Counted from the first letter of the stretch, positions 1 through 11,287 are shown. The stretch: DNA of 64,000 nucleotides from Hypanus sabinus (GCF_030144855.1 NC_082730.1:13268001-13332000); one strand, 5' to 3'. Program-made: numbers and translations. The notes: a model not told the origin generated them from the letters alone.

Positions 1-1982
1 TATTTATCTTAGAGCCATACTGGACACTTACATCACTTTACAGATCCCGCAACAACCAGTATTTGAGGCATTTACCATTGACACCACTCAGTTCCCTTGT
101 GATTTGGGGGCTTAGTACTGCTGATTACCTGTACGATGGTTACTTATCGTTGCAACTACAATTTTCAGAAGCAGGTGTTGGAGTAACTGAGGCTTTTGAT
201 ATCCTTGAGTAAGTCTGCCAGGAACTGGTTGAAAAAGGGGAAGCTTCATTCTTGTGGGAACAAACACTCCAATGGTGAGAAGGCTCATGAGAACATTTAA
301 AAAGGGAGGTGAGAGAAGTTCTTTAAAACCATGTCCATGCACCCGGTGTTCAGAGCTGCTTTTGAGGAAGTGCAAGTTCCTCCTTAGCTCATTGATGAGC
401 ATAAATGCGTAACTGTGTCGTAAACCCAGTCCAAAGCTGGCATGTTACGTCCTGAAAAAACAGCTGAAGCAACTGGATAGCCCAAGTTCCCCGGAATGCC
501 CGATGTGAGACCCTCCTGATGGATGCTCTAGAGGATCTCGAAGAAGAGTCATGCGTAGCTTCTGGAGTGCCGGTGAGACCTGAGCTGCAGAAACCATGCC
601 CATGCAAGCAGGGTGACAGTATTGGTGGTGGTTGCTCCAAGTGTACTCGCCACACTATTAGAGTGACGGAGGACTCCCCTTTCCAAGAGAGGTCGCGCTG
701 TTTAGGACCAGCGGAGGTTGAACATGTTCAGCAGCCCCAGTTTAAACTGGGCTCCAGAATAATTGGGGATGAAGCTGAGTTTAGTCAAGTGGCAAGGGGA
801 CCGGAGTGACTGGAATGAATGAGTGATAGGCGGGGGAGGCATCACCGAGAAAACAGGAACAGTACTGAGGAGTGCCCGAGGCTGAAGAAGCTGAAGATGA
901 AATAAGATGGTCTCAGAGAGTCAGGAAACCCCCAATAGTCTGGCATATGATGTACCAGGAAAACAGTGCCCTGTCCATCCAATGGACTGCCAATATGTTA
1001 TTGCCAATTACAAATGGATTGGGGAACCTGAAATCACAAACTGCATTTGAATACCATGTTATTAATAATGGTCCAATAAGTTCCAAAGTCATGAGAATGT
1101 GACTATTTTAGGTTTGGGATGGGAGGAGTGGGGAGAGTGTAATGCTCTAGTTAAGATTTCTACTGCTACGCTGAGCGGAATTTATTTTAGCAGTGTTTCG
1201 TAAGAGCAGTGTGTGCCACTGGTAAGAGCATTTTAGCTTCAGCTACAGGCAAGGAACCATATTTTCCAAGATAGGAATGTAGTGTCAGCCAATCAGGACT
1301 GTGGGGTGTAAAGAAGGTTCTGGGGAGCTGTGTGGGAAGAGATTTTTGAAAGACAGTCGTCTGTTTTGGGGTCCTTTCGGGCTGGAGCTGCGGAGTGGGT
1401 CAGGAGGGAAGATGCTGCAAAGTGCCTTTGGATGGAGAGTCCCCTTTGCAAGAAATGCTTTGTGCAGATGAATAGCTGGAAGAAGGAAGGGCCAATACTC
1501 CTGAGAGGTTCGGTTTGTTTGAACTGCCTTTGAGGGAAATTCGGACAGTGGCAAATGGTTTCATACAGACCATGGTTCGAGCACGTGAGGAAAGCAATAC
1601 ACCCCCTGACTACCACTGAAATGAGCTCCAGCATTTATGTGCACATTGGACTGGTTTAACTGTAACGGGCCCTTTAATTTATCTTAGCAGATTTCTGTAA
1701 CTATAAATCTGGTAAATGTACTTTCTTTATAATTTCATGCTGGTGTACGATCTGTTAGTTCTGGGCTACCGATAATTGTGTATGGGAAGTACTTACACAG
1801 CATTCGCTGAAATTGAGGTTTCTTTCATTGGGACATTGCAACATTCCTGTTTGGTTGAATCATACTGACCTGAGAGGTATTTTGCTTATGAAAGTCAGCC
1901 TCCTCACCAATGAGTCACCTGGCTGTTAGCAGAGTTAGAAAAAGAGCCAAGTTGGTGCACAAGCCCCAGAGAGAGGGTTACA
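1..1982 (+). mobile_element. Deleted Ty3/Gypsy LTR retrotransposon, unit A (pol remnants, PPT, 3' LTR 1138-1982)
   Basis: RT N-terminal-like HTIRVTEDSPFQERSR; purine tract 1116-1137 followed by TGTAA...TTACA 845-bp LTR. Confidence 0.8.
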
Positions 1983-2119
1983 TACAGACTTGCCTTGTTA
2001 GCCCACAGGAAAATGCATCTCAGGGCCGTATGTGTAGACACATATGTACTTTGATAATAAATTTACTTTGAACTTTGATATCTAAAGCATTTTGTGTGTG
2101 TTGCCAGTGCATCCTTCCC

Positions 2120-2720
2120 CCTTCCCAAACTCACTATCTGCCACTTCCAAATATACTGACAACTTCCCACCAATACATTGAATACTTCTCACTAATAAAC
2201 TGACAACATCTCCTTCTCCCTTCCACAACCCTGTGAACTCCCTCCTCCCAACACACTGACAGCTTCCACTATCCCGTCCCCAACACACTGCCAATTTCCC
2301 TCACCCCTCCCCAATACATTGCCAACTCTCCTTTTCTTTCCCCACATGTTGCCGACTCCTCTCTTTCCATCCCCATCACACAGCCAACTTACAACTCCCT
2401 GGAACTTGGCAACTCCCTCCACCACAACATCACCAACTTCCCTCTCCGCAACACACCACCAACTTCCAATTCCCAGCAGCCTGGCAAATTCTTCCTCCCC
2501 CCCTCAATGCCAACTACTCCATCCCCAACACATCATGATCTTCTCTCTGCCCCACTTCCTCAACACTTTGTCGTCTCCATTATTCTGAATGCATTCTGTC
2601 AGCCCATTACACTACCCCAGCCCCCGGCAACTACAAACTCAACCCCAAGCACCAGCTACCAGCCGTCCCTCCACCCATATCAACATTCCCCCAGCATCGG
2701 GCTCCATGCCACCTTGTCTT
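2120..2720 (+). repeat. Degenerate C/A-rich minisatellite, ~25-30 bp unit (ccaacacactgccaact...) (also ~30965-31565 and ~61520-62120)
   Basis: Recurrent ccaa(c/t)aca(c/t)tg units; source of spurious Pro/Thr-rich ORFs. Confidence 0.6.
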
Positions 2721-2902
2721 GCGCACAGATTTCATCAAGTCCATGGTTGCTGAACACCTCTGAGCTTGTTCAGGAACAAGGAGGGATGAAGACCAAAGTG
2801 GCCACCAGCTGCTTGCTCCTGCATCAGGCCAACACAGCCCCAAAGAAAGCTGTCATGGTTGAGGGAAAAAGCTGCACTAAAACAAAGAAACGTTCACCCG
2901 AC

Positions 2903-2908
2903 TTTATT
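2903..2908 (-). terminator. AATAAA polyadenylation signal after the ITIM exon (also 31747-31752 and 62299-62304)
   Basis: tttatt on plus strand ~45 nt past the TAA, conserved in all three units. Confidence 0.65.
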
Positions 2909-2952
2909 TGTGATGTTTCCTAGGTTTCCTTTGGAGGTTGAATTAATCATTA

Positions 2953-3099
2953 TTAGTGAGCAACCACTGAATACACTACAGTTTCTGAGTAATGTTGTGT
3001 TCTGGCATTTCTAGGAGCATCATGTACCGGAAGATTGATGTGTGTGTTTTCCACGTAATCTCTACATTGCTTCACACTGGCATACGCCACAGGCTTTTC
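2953..3099 (-). CDS. Terminal cytoplasmic exon with two ITIMs (EKPVAYASVK...TVVYSVVAH-stop), unit A
   Basis: Acceptor atttcacactttaccatacag; phase-0 open frame of 48 aa with VAYASV and VVYSVV (V-x-Y-x-x-V); AATAAA ~45 nt after the stop; too short for the ORF track. Confidence 0.85.
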   Translation of the reverse strand, partial: EKPVAYASVKQCRDYVENTHINLPVHDAPRNARTQHYSETVVYSVVAH

Positions 3100-4115
3100 C
3101 TGTATGGTAAAGTGTGAAATATAGTTAGTGGTGGACTGTTGACAGGGGGGCTGAACTCAGAAAATGGCAGAGGAGAGCATTAGTGAGAAGAATTGGAGAG
3201 TACGTAAACAACCCCCAGGAGCTTTTCCTAGGTCTATAAAGAGAAAATAAATCTATGTGAACATAGAAAGTGAGCCTGGGGAAATGCCACGGGGAATGAG
3301 TAAATTTCATTCAGGAATGGCCTCTTTTTACTACAGTCAGGGAGGAGATGAGGATCCTGAAGACCCACCCTCAAAAATTTAGGAACAGTTTCTTCCTCTC
3401 TGCCTTCTGACTTTTAAGTGATTCATAAACCCTTGACCACTCCTTGTTACTAATACAAGAGGCTCTGCAGATGCTGGAAATCGGGAGCAACACACAGAAC
3501 ATGCTAGAGGACGTCAGCAAGCCAGGCGGTATTGACGGACAGGAAGAAGGTGTCAACTTTACAAACTGAGACCCTTCATCAATACTGGAAACTCAGATCC
3601 ATCTTCTTCAGATAACCATAAAAACAAAGAAAACCATGGAGTTTGTTCAAAACCCGTGCCATCCAACCAAAATGTTCAACTGAATTAGTCCATTTGCTTG
3701 CATATGGCCCATATCCCTTCAGGCCTTTCTTATTCATGTATCAGTCCTAATGTTTTTTAAATGTAATCGTATCTGCCTCTACAGCTCCCTCTGGTAACTT
3801 TTTCCATATGCCTGCCACCCCAAAAAAAAAAAAAAAAAAAGAAGAAGTTGTCCTTCAGTTCCCTTTTAAACTTCCCTTTCTCTCACATTCAACCTATTCT
3901 TTTGTTCACATGACAATGAACTTCACTTGGAGTTACAAAACAAAGTAAAATTGTGTAAACGTCAGAACCTATTGAGAAACAGGATGGCTTTGTCTGCTTT
4001 TGAACTCCTTCAGTTAGCTCCTGGTTTGCTGTTTTCACCACTTCCTTTGTACCACTTTCAAAGAAACACTTTCTTGTTCATTCTAGGTATAACCATAACA
4101 CTTGTATCATCTTAC

Positions 4116-4576
4116 TGGAATGTCCAACCATCCGATAGAGGTATTGATTTTGTAGAGACCTGCAGCATGCAACAAATGAGCTATTGGGATCTCAATGTTG
4201 TGCCAACTTTTTAACCTACTCCAAGACGATTCTAACCCTTCCCCTCCCACACAGTCCTCCATTTTTCTTTCATCCTAGTGTCTATCTAAGAATATCTTGA
4301 ATGTTCCTGATTTATTTGTCTCTACCACCACCCCTGGCAGTGCATTCCACTCCCTGTATGAAAAACCACCTCTGATATACCCCCCATACTTCACTCCAAT
4401 CACCTTAAACGTATGCCTTCTTGTGTTAGTCATTGCCATCCTGTGTAATAGGCTCTGGATGTCCACTCTATCTATTCCTCTTGTCATCTTATACATCTCA
4501 ATCATGGTATTGTCTAAGCAGTGCTTTCCAAATGTATAAACTGGTTGATTTGGTAAACTAGGTGAATGGTCTGAAT
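4116..4576 (-). pseudogene. Cytoplasmic exon interrupted by a 306-bp CR1 insertion, unit A (also 32947-33407 and 63499-63959)
   Basis: Acceptor cctttcacag, donor CCA|gtaag; removing the insert leaves a 155-nt open exon, phase 1 to 0, matching the phase-0 ITIM exon. Confidence 0.62.
4197..4502 (-). mobile_element. 5'-truncated CR1 3' end with 8-bp target-site duplication ATTGAGAT
   Basis: MYKMTRGIDRVD..FKVIG..EWNALP; plus-strand atctcaat at 4189-4196 and 4495-4502. Confidence 0.8.
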
Positions 4577-4681
4577 CTGTGAAAGGCGTCTCAGAGAGGA
4601 GATGAATTTTTAAGCCATCTTTTGACATTTAGTATCATCTTGCTAGTTAACTGAACTGAACTTATCAGTCTTGTCTTCTAC

Positions 4682-4781
4682 CTGAGTATTATACAAATAA
4701 TGATGGCAGTTAATGAGCAGCAGGAAGAGAGCTGACAAGGCAACTGCAAGTACGACATGCCATTGGGATGGTCTTGGCTTC
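4682..4781 (-). pseudogene. Second, uncharged TM exon with +1 frameshift, unit A (KPRPSQWHVVLAVALSALFLLL / TAIIICIILR)
   Basis: Acceptor tctttgtcatattctgcag, phase-2 start; hydrophobic halves lie in two frames joined at CTCATTAACTGCC; 3' boundary uncertain. Confidence 0.7.
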
Positions 4782-5554
4782 CTGCAGAATATGACAAAGA
4801 CATTGACAGATCAAGTCTGATGGGCACATTCACACTTTCTCCTTCTCCAGTATTGCCCTCTGTTTTCTTGATCTGATAAGTACAAATATGATGTAGACAT
4901 GAACACATGTGCCTCTCACTCAATATCAGCAAGATCAAAGATATTATTATTGACTTCAGTAGAGGAAAACTGGAGGTCCATGAGCTCGTCCTCATCAGGG
5001 GTGTTACAAATTTCTTGTTACAATTTCAAAGGATCTGTGCCATTACAAAGTAAGTATGGCAGCACCTTTACTTTCTTAGATGTTTGTGAAGGTTTACATG
5101 TCATTTAAAACTTCACAAGGATGATTTGGGAATGCAAGTGTTATACAAAGAACGTTTGATAGCTTTGGGTCTGTAGTAGCTGGAATTTAGAAGGGCAAGG
5201 GGGATCTGATTGAAACCTTTTGAATGTTGAAAGGCCTAGACAGAGTAGATGTGGAAAGGATATTTTGAATAGTGGGGAAGTCTCAGAAGAGAGGGCACAG
5301 GATAGAGGGGCGTGAATTTAAATCAAAGGTGGCATGTGACAAGTGAGACCAGTTGATCACCTTTTACCTCTTCCACCTATCCCTTCCCAGACTGTAACTT
5401 CATTCCCCCTGTCTCTCACCACATCTGATTTCTCCTTCCCATCCCCTCTACCTTCTTATTCTGTCTTCTTCCTCTTTCCTTTACAATCCTGATGATGGTT
5501 CTTGCTCAATAAAGTCAACTGTATATCCCCCCCACCCCACAAAGATTTTCAAAC

Positions 5555-6005
5555 ACGAGGAAGTCTGCAGATGCTGGAAATTCAAGCAACACACACAAAA
5601 TGCTGGTGGAACGCAGCAGGCCAGGCAGCATCTATCGGAAGAAGCACTGTCGACATTTCAGGCTGAGACCCTTCATTAGGACTAACTGAAAGAAGAGATA
5701 GTAAGAGATTTGAAAGTAGGAGGGGGAGGGGAAATCCGAAATGATAGGGGAAGACAGAAGGGGGTGCAGTGAAGCTAAGAGCTGGAAAGGTGATTGGCAA
5801 AATGGATTCAGAGCTGGAGAAGGGAAAGGATTATGGGATGGGAGGCCTAGGGAGAAAGAAAGAGGGAGGGGAGCAGCAGAGGGAGATGGAGAACAGGCAA
5901 AGTGTGATGGGCAGAGAGAGAGAAAAAAAGGGGGGGAAATAAATAAATCAGGGATGGGGTAATAAGGGGAGGAGGGGCATTAACAGAAATGAGAGAAATC
6001 AATGT
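5555..6005 (-). mobile_element. Penelope-derived 3' tail / SINE-like repeat
   Basis: Reverse complement of the tail seen at 21620-22040, including a ctaatga..gaaatgtc motif. Confidence 0.75.
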
Positions 6006-6742
6006 TGAAAGGTGAAAAGTTTAAGGAGAGATATTGTCTTTATGTTGGTTCTTTTTCTGCAGCCTCCCCAGTGGTCCACTGGGTCGATAGCTGTGAAATC
6101 ACTGGTCACCTATATTATGGAGCTATAGCTGTCCTGGGGATACTGAGACCTGTCACGCTGGTTCCACAGTAGAATTTACACAATGCTGACAAAATCCCAT
6201 TCAGGTTCTAATTATCCCGTTCAATATGGGACTCTCGGCATCTCTTGAAGCACTGAAATACGTGGAAACTTCAAGTTCTGGACCCTGAATCACCCCTGAC
6301 ATTAACTCTTATTCCTCTGGTGGCCGTACCTCTGTGGCTCAGATCCTGATCTGTTGGAATTCCTTCTCTACAGCTCTCTGGCCCTCTCTTTCATTCTCAC
6401 TCAAAAGGCTTGTTAAATCCCACCAATTGCTGAGGTTTTTGGTCACATGTACCTTCTGTCTCTACATGTGACTCAATTTCAAATGTTAGACAATGCTGCT
6501 GTGCATGGCCTTTGGCCCTATCAATCAACTTGAAGCTGCTGTGGAAGTGAAATTTGTTGTTGTTTTATTACAATAGATTGCTCAATAGACTTTATAAAAT
6601 CTAACTGTTTGTATTCACTTCCAGATTATTTTAACTAACATAATTTGGAATAGTTGTGCTGGGTTTTTAAGCAGTATTTCATACATTAAAATGCAAAATA
6701 TTGCATAATTTTGAGAGCAATTTACAAGTTTAATCAAAACAT

Positions 6743-6913
6743 ACACAGAATGCTGGAGGAACTCAGCAGGTCAGGCAGCATCTAGGGAGAGGAATAAAGA
6801 GTTGACATGTCTGGCTGATACTCTTCATTGGTCTCAACCTGAAATGTTGAATCTTTATTCCTCTCCGTAGATGCTGCCTGACTTGCTGAGTTCCTCCAGC
6901 ATTTTCTGTGTGT
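6743..6913. repeat. ~170-bp palindromic Penelope-tail element (similar at ~14290-14510 and ~22776-22997)
   Basis: Left arm acacagaatgctggaggaactcagcaggtcaggcagcatcta pairs with right arm tagatgctgcctgacttgctgagttcctccagcattttctgtgtgt. Confidence 0.8.
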
Positions 6914-7027
6914 TACTCTGCATTTGCACCATCTGAAGAATCTCTTGTGGTCAAGTCAAAATACTATTGGATGCTTGGGTGAATTTTGGAATCTTTTGTA
7001 GGGTCTGCAACAGTTGTACTGATTCAC

Positions 7028-7494
7028 CTGTGAATTTACAACAGGCAGTAGATGCTGGAAGCTGGAGCAATAAGCTGTTTACTGGAGGCACACAGTGGGT
7101 TCAGCTGCATTTGTGGTGTGGAAAGATGCCGTCGACATTTCATGTTGAGACGTTGCACAAGGACCGATCTGTCTGGGTTGTGGGTTCTGCTTCGTAACAG
7201 CCTGTCTTGAAAAATAGAAAATCCAATGTTAGGAATTGAGTGGTAAGAGGAAGCAGCAAAGATGATGATATTTCTCTCCAGAAAACACCGGTGATAGTTT
7301 TTTATGTGGGTGCTGGAATAGTGCAGCAGGGACTCCACAGTGGTGGGTGTTGGTGCTGAGAGTGTTAGATAGGATTAGATCTTTCTGTATTTGTCTGGGG
7401 GAAACTGTCAATGTCCATGACTGTAGACTAATGGTATAGTGGGTATTGACTGAGCTGGAAGTAGGGCACAGGGGTGGAGGATTGTGATTGGTTG
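7028..7494 (-). pseudogene. Possible decayed mucin-like (S/T/P-rich) stalk exon, unit A (35861-36327 in B)
   Basis: AG...G|gtgaat boundaries; S/T/P-rich peptides in alternating frames (TNHNPPPLCPTSSS, LTLSAPTPTTVES, EAEPTTQT, EMSTASFHTTNAAEPT); stops and net frameshift. Confidence 0.35.
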
Positions 7495-7769
7495 CTTCAG
7501 TAATTGAAAGTGAGGTTCCACCAGGAATTAAAGATTTCCTTTATTTGACACACGTTCATCAAAACATTAAAAACATACAGAGAAATATGTGATTTGCAGC
7601 AGTGAACAAGACAGTCCAAGGATTGTGCTGTGGGCACTCCACGAGTGTCATGATTCTGGAACCAAAGTAGCATCCACGCTCCTCACTAAATCTGACACGT
7701 GGGAGAAAACAGTTATGTCTTGTAACACTGAAACATAAAAACATTTGAAAGGAAACTCAGAAGTTTTTG

Positions 7770-7950
7770 CATTAAGTGAGGCATTCAGTCATGACCTGGT
7801 GGTGTGTTGATGTACGCCATTCATGTACTTTTATATATAACCTGAATATCAATTACTTAATGAAACAAGAAATGCTTAATCAAACATATATTTACAATAT
7901 TACTCAAATATTACTGAAATATTAAATACACAACACTCCTCCCTGCTTAG
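7770..7950 (-). mobile_element. Truncated LTR of a second Gypsy-like family with its PPT
   Basis: Minus strand agcagggaggag directly followed by TGTTGTGTATTT at 7935. Confidence 0.45.
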
Positions 7951-8079
7951 CTACAAACTCCAACTCGATATGGAGTGAACCTCAACATACACATATATAT
8001 ATATATACTGTATATTTACTTACTGCCGCTGGCACTTAGGGCTCTCCGGGTCATTGAGGCTTGCAAGCCTCCTAACTCT

Positions 8080-9995
8080 GACTACTATAGAAACATCCAC
8101 AGCTTGTCATGGGAGATTTTAACATGCAAGTCGATTGGGAAAATCAGGTTGGTAATGGATCTCAAGAGAGTGAGAGAATTATGAAAGCAAGCTGGAAACT
8201 ATTATCAGAGAAGATACTAAAAGCTTTTTTATGTATATAAAGGGTAAAAAGAGCGACGAGGGTAGATATAGGAGCAATACAAAATGAAGCTGGAGATATT
8301 GTAATGAGAGATGTAGAGATGGCAGAGGAACTGAATGCATATTTTGCATCAGTCTTCAGAGTGGAAGAGGTCTGCAGTATAATGAACATTCAAGAGTGTC
8401 AGGGAAGTGAAGTTTGTGCAATGAAAAATACGATTGAGAAGGTGCTCAGCAAGCTTAATGGTCTGAAGGTGGATAAATCTCCTGGAGCTGATGGAATGCA
8501 CCCTTAGGTTCTGAAGGAAGTAGCTGAAGAGATTGCAGAGGCATTAACGGTGATCTTTCAAGAATCAATAGACTCTGGCATTGTACCGGATAATTGGAAA
8601 ATTGCAAATATTACTCCACTATTTAAGAAGGGTGAGAGGCAGCAGAAAGGAAACTATAGACCTGTCAGCCTGACATCAGTGGTTAGGAAGTTGTTGGAAT
8701 CAATTGTTAGGGATGAGATAACAGAGTACCTGCAGGCACATGACAAGAAGTGCCAAAGCCAGCATGGTTTCCTGAAAGGAAAATGCTGCCTGACAAACCA
8801 ACTGCAATTCTTTGAGGAAATTACAAATAGGGTAGACAATGGAGATGTAGTAGACGTGGTGTACTTGGATTTTCAGAAGGTGTTTGGCAAGATGCTGCAC
8901 ATGAGGCTGCTTATTAAGATAAGAGCCCATGGAATTACAGGGAAGTTACTAGCATGAGTGGAGAGTCGGCAGAAAAGAGAGAGGGAATAAAGGGATCCTA
9001 TTCTGGCTGGCTGCCAGTTTGCCAGTGGAGTTTCATAAGGTCACTGTTTGGATCACTGCTTTTTATGATGTATGTCAATGATTTGGACTATGGGATTAAT
9101 AGATTTGTGATTAAATTTGCCGATGATACTAAGGTAGGTGGAGGAGTGGGTATTTTGAGGAAACAGAAGACTTAGATAGTTTAGGGGAATGGGCAAAGAA
9201 GTGGCAAATGAAATACAATGTTGGAAAGTGTATGGTCATGGACTTCGGTGGAAGAAATAAATAGGCAGATTATTATTTAGATGGGGAGAAAATTCAAATT
9301 GCAGAGATGCAAAGGGTCTTGGGAGTTCTTGTGCAGGATACCCTAAAGGTTAACCTCCACGTTGTGTCAGTTGTGAAGAAGGCCAATGTAATGTTGGCAT
9401 TCATTTCTAGAGGTATAGAATATAAGAGCAGAGATGTGATGTTGAGGCTCTGTAAGGCACTCGTGAGACCACATGGAGTACTGTGTGCAGTTTTGGGCTC
9501 CTTATTTTAAAAAGGTTATACTAACAATGGAGAGGGTTTAGAGAAGATTTACAAGAATGATTCCAGGAATGAAAGATTTACTGTATGAGGAATGTCGGAC
9601 TGCTCTTGGGCTGTATTCCCTGCTGTTCAGGAGAATGAGGGCGGATCTCAATGAGGCATTCCAGATGTTGAAAGGCCTGAACAGATTAGATATGGCAATG
9701 TTATTTCCCATGGTAGGGGATTCTAGGACAAGAGAGCACGACTTCAAGATTGAAGGAGATCTGGAGAAATTACTTTAGTCAGAGGATGGTAAATCTGTGG
9801 AATTTGCCACTGTTGCCACGAGTGGCTGTGGAGGACAAGTCATTGAGTGTATTTAAGGCAGAGATAGATAGGTTCTTGATTAGCCAGGGTATCGTAGAGT
9901 ATAGGGTGAAGGCAGGGGAGTGGGGACGACTGGATGAATTGGATCAGCTCAGATTGAATGGCAGAGCAGACTCAATGGGCTGAATGACTTACTTC
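8080..9995 (+). mobile_element. CR1-type LINE ORF2 + 3' UTR, degenerate (unit B ~36915-38821)
   Basis: NYRPVSLTSVV, QHGFLKGKCCL, YLDFQKVF, KFADDTK in broken frames. Confidence 0.9.
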
Positions 9996-10024
9996 TGCCC
10001 CTATATCGTATGGTCTTATGGTTT

Positions 10025-11285
10025 CCTTCAGGGAAATCCTGTCTGACAACCCTGTTGGAATTCTTTGATGAGATTACAAGTAGGATAGACAAACGGAATG
10101 CAGTAGATATTGTACATTTGGACTTTCAGCAAGCCTTTGACAGGGTGCCACACATGAGGCTACTTACCAAGTTAAGAACCTGTGGTATTACCAGAAAGTT
10201 ACAAACATGGTTAGAATATTGGCTGATCGGTGGGAGACAGCAAGTGAGAATAAAAGGATCCTTTTCTGGTTGGCTGTCAGTGACTAGTGGTGTTCTGCAG
10301 GGGTTGGTGTTGGGACCACTTCTTTTTATGTTGTATATAAATGATTTAGATGATGGAATAGATGGCTTTGTTGCCAAGTTTGCAGATGATACGAAGATTG
10401 GTGGAGGGGCAGGTAGTGTTGAAGAAACAGGTTGGATGCAGAAGGACAGACAGATTAGGAGAATGGGCAAGAAATGAAATACAATGTTGAGAACTGCATA
10501 GTAGTTGAAATAAATGTGAGGACTATTTTCTAAGTGGAGAGAAAATCCAAAACTCTGGCAAGCAAAGGGACTTGGGAGTCCTTGTGCAGAACCCCCTCAA
10601 GGTTAACTTGCAGGTCGAATTTGTGGTGAGGAAGGCAAATGCCATGTTAATATTCATTTCAAGAAGTCTGGAATACAAGAGCGGGGATGTGATGCTGAAG
10701 CTTTATAAGGCACCGGTGAGGCCTCACCTTGAGAATTGTGAACAGTTTTGTGCCCCTCATCTTAGAAAAGATGTGCTGGCATTGGAGAAGGTCCAGAGGA
10801 GATTCACAAGGATGATTCCAGGAATGGAAGGATTATCATATAAGGAACGTTTGATTTCTCTGGGACTGTACTCACTGGAATTCAGAGGGATGAGGGGGGA
10901 ATCTCACTGAAATCTTTTGAATGTTGAAAAGCCTAGACAGAGGAGATGTGGAAGGGATGTTTCCCATGGTGGGAGATTCTAGGACAAGAGAGCACAGCCT
11001 CTGGATAGAGGCACACCCTTTCAAAACAGAGATGTGGAAAAATTTCTTTAGCCAAAGAGAGGTGAATTTGTGTTATTTGTTGTCACATGCAGCTGTGCAG
11101 GCCAGATCGTTGGGTGTATTTAAGGCAGAGATTGATAGAATCTTGATTGGACATGGAATCAAAGGTTATTGGGAGAAGGCCGGGAACTAGAGTTGAGGAG
11201 GGGAATGAAAAGGATCAGCCATGATTGAGTGGCTGAGTAGGCTCGATGGGCCAGATGGCCTAATTCTGCTGCTATGTCTTATGGT
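10025..11285 (+). mobile_element. Second 5'-truncated CR1 LINE abutting the first (unit B ~38851-40111)
   Basis: GKSCLTTLLEFF, LDFQQAFDRVPH, SGVLQGLVLGP, KFADDTK, CR1 3' tail. Confidence 0.9.
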
Positions 11286-11287
11286 TT

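Noticed and set aside
2082-2923. Pro/Thr-rich and Gly/Val-rich ORFs as mucin genes
   Set aside because: Products of the degenerate minisatellite; no splice or start context
3163-3381. Plus-strand frame containing IYVNI and FYYSQ
   Set aside because: Opposite strand to the gene, internal TAA, no splice support
3965-4052. Additional cytoplasmic exon (GTKEVVKTANQELTEG...)
   Set aside because: Weak splice sites, ~60-nt upstream intron, and not needed once the CR1-split exon is reconstructed
6453-6538. 86-nt minus-strand candidate exon (SFKLIDRAKGHAQQ...)
   Set aside because: Good acceptor, but the phase needed after a phase-1 exon hits a stop at once; could at most be a UTR exon
8162-11190. 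Numerous 60-155 aa ORFs as host genes
   Set aside because: Sense and antisense fragments of CR1 ORF2
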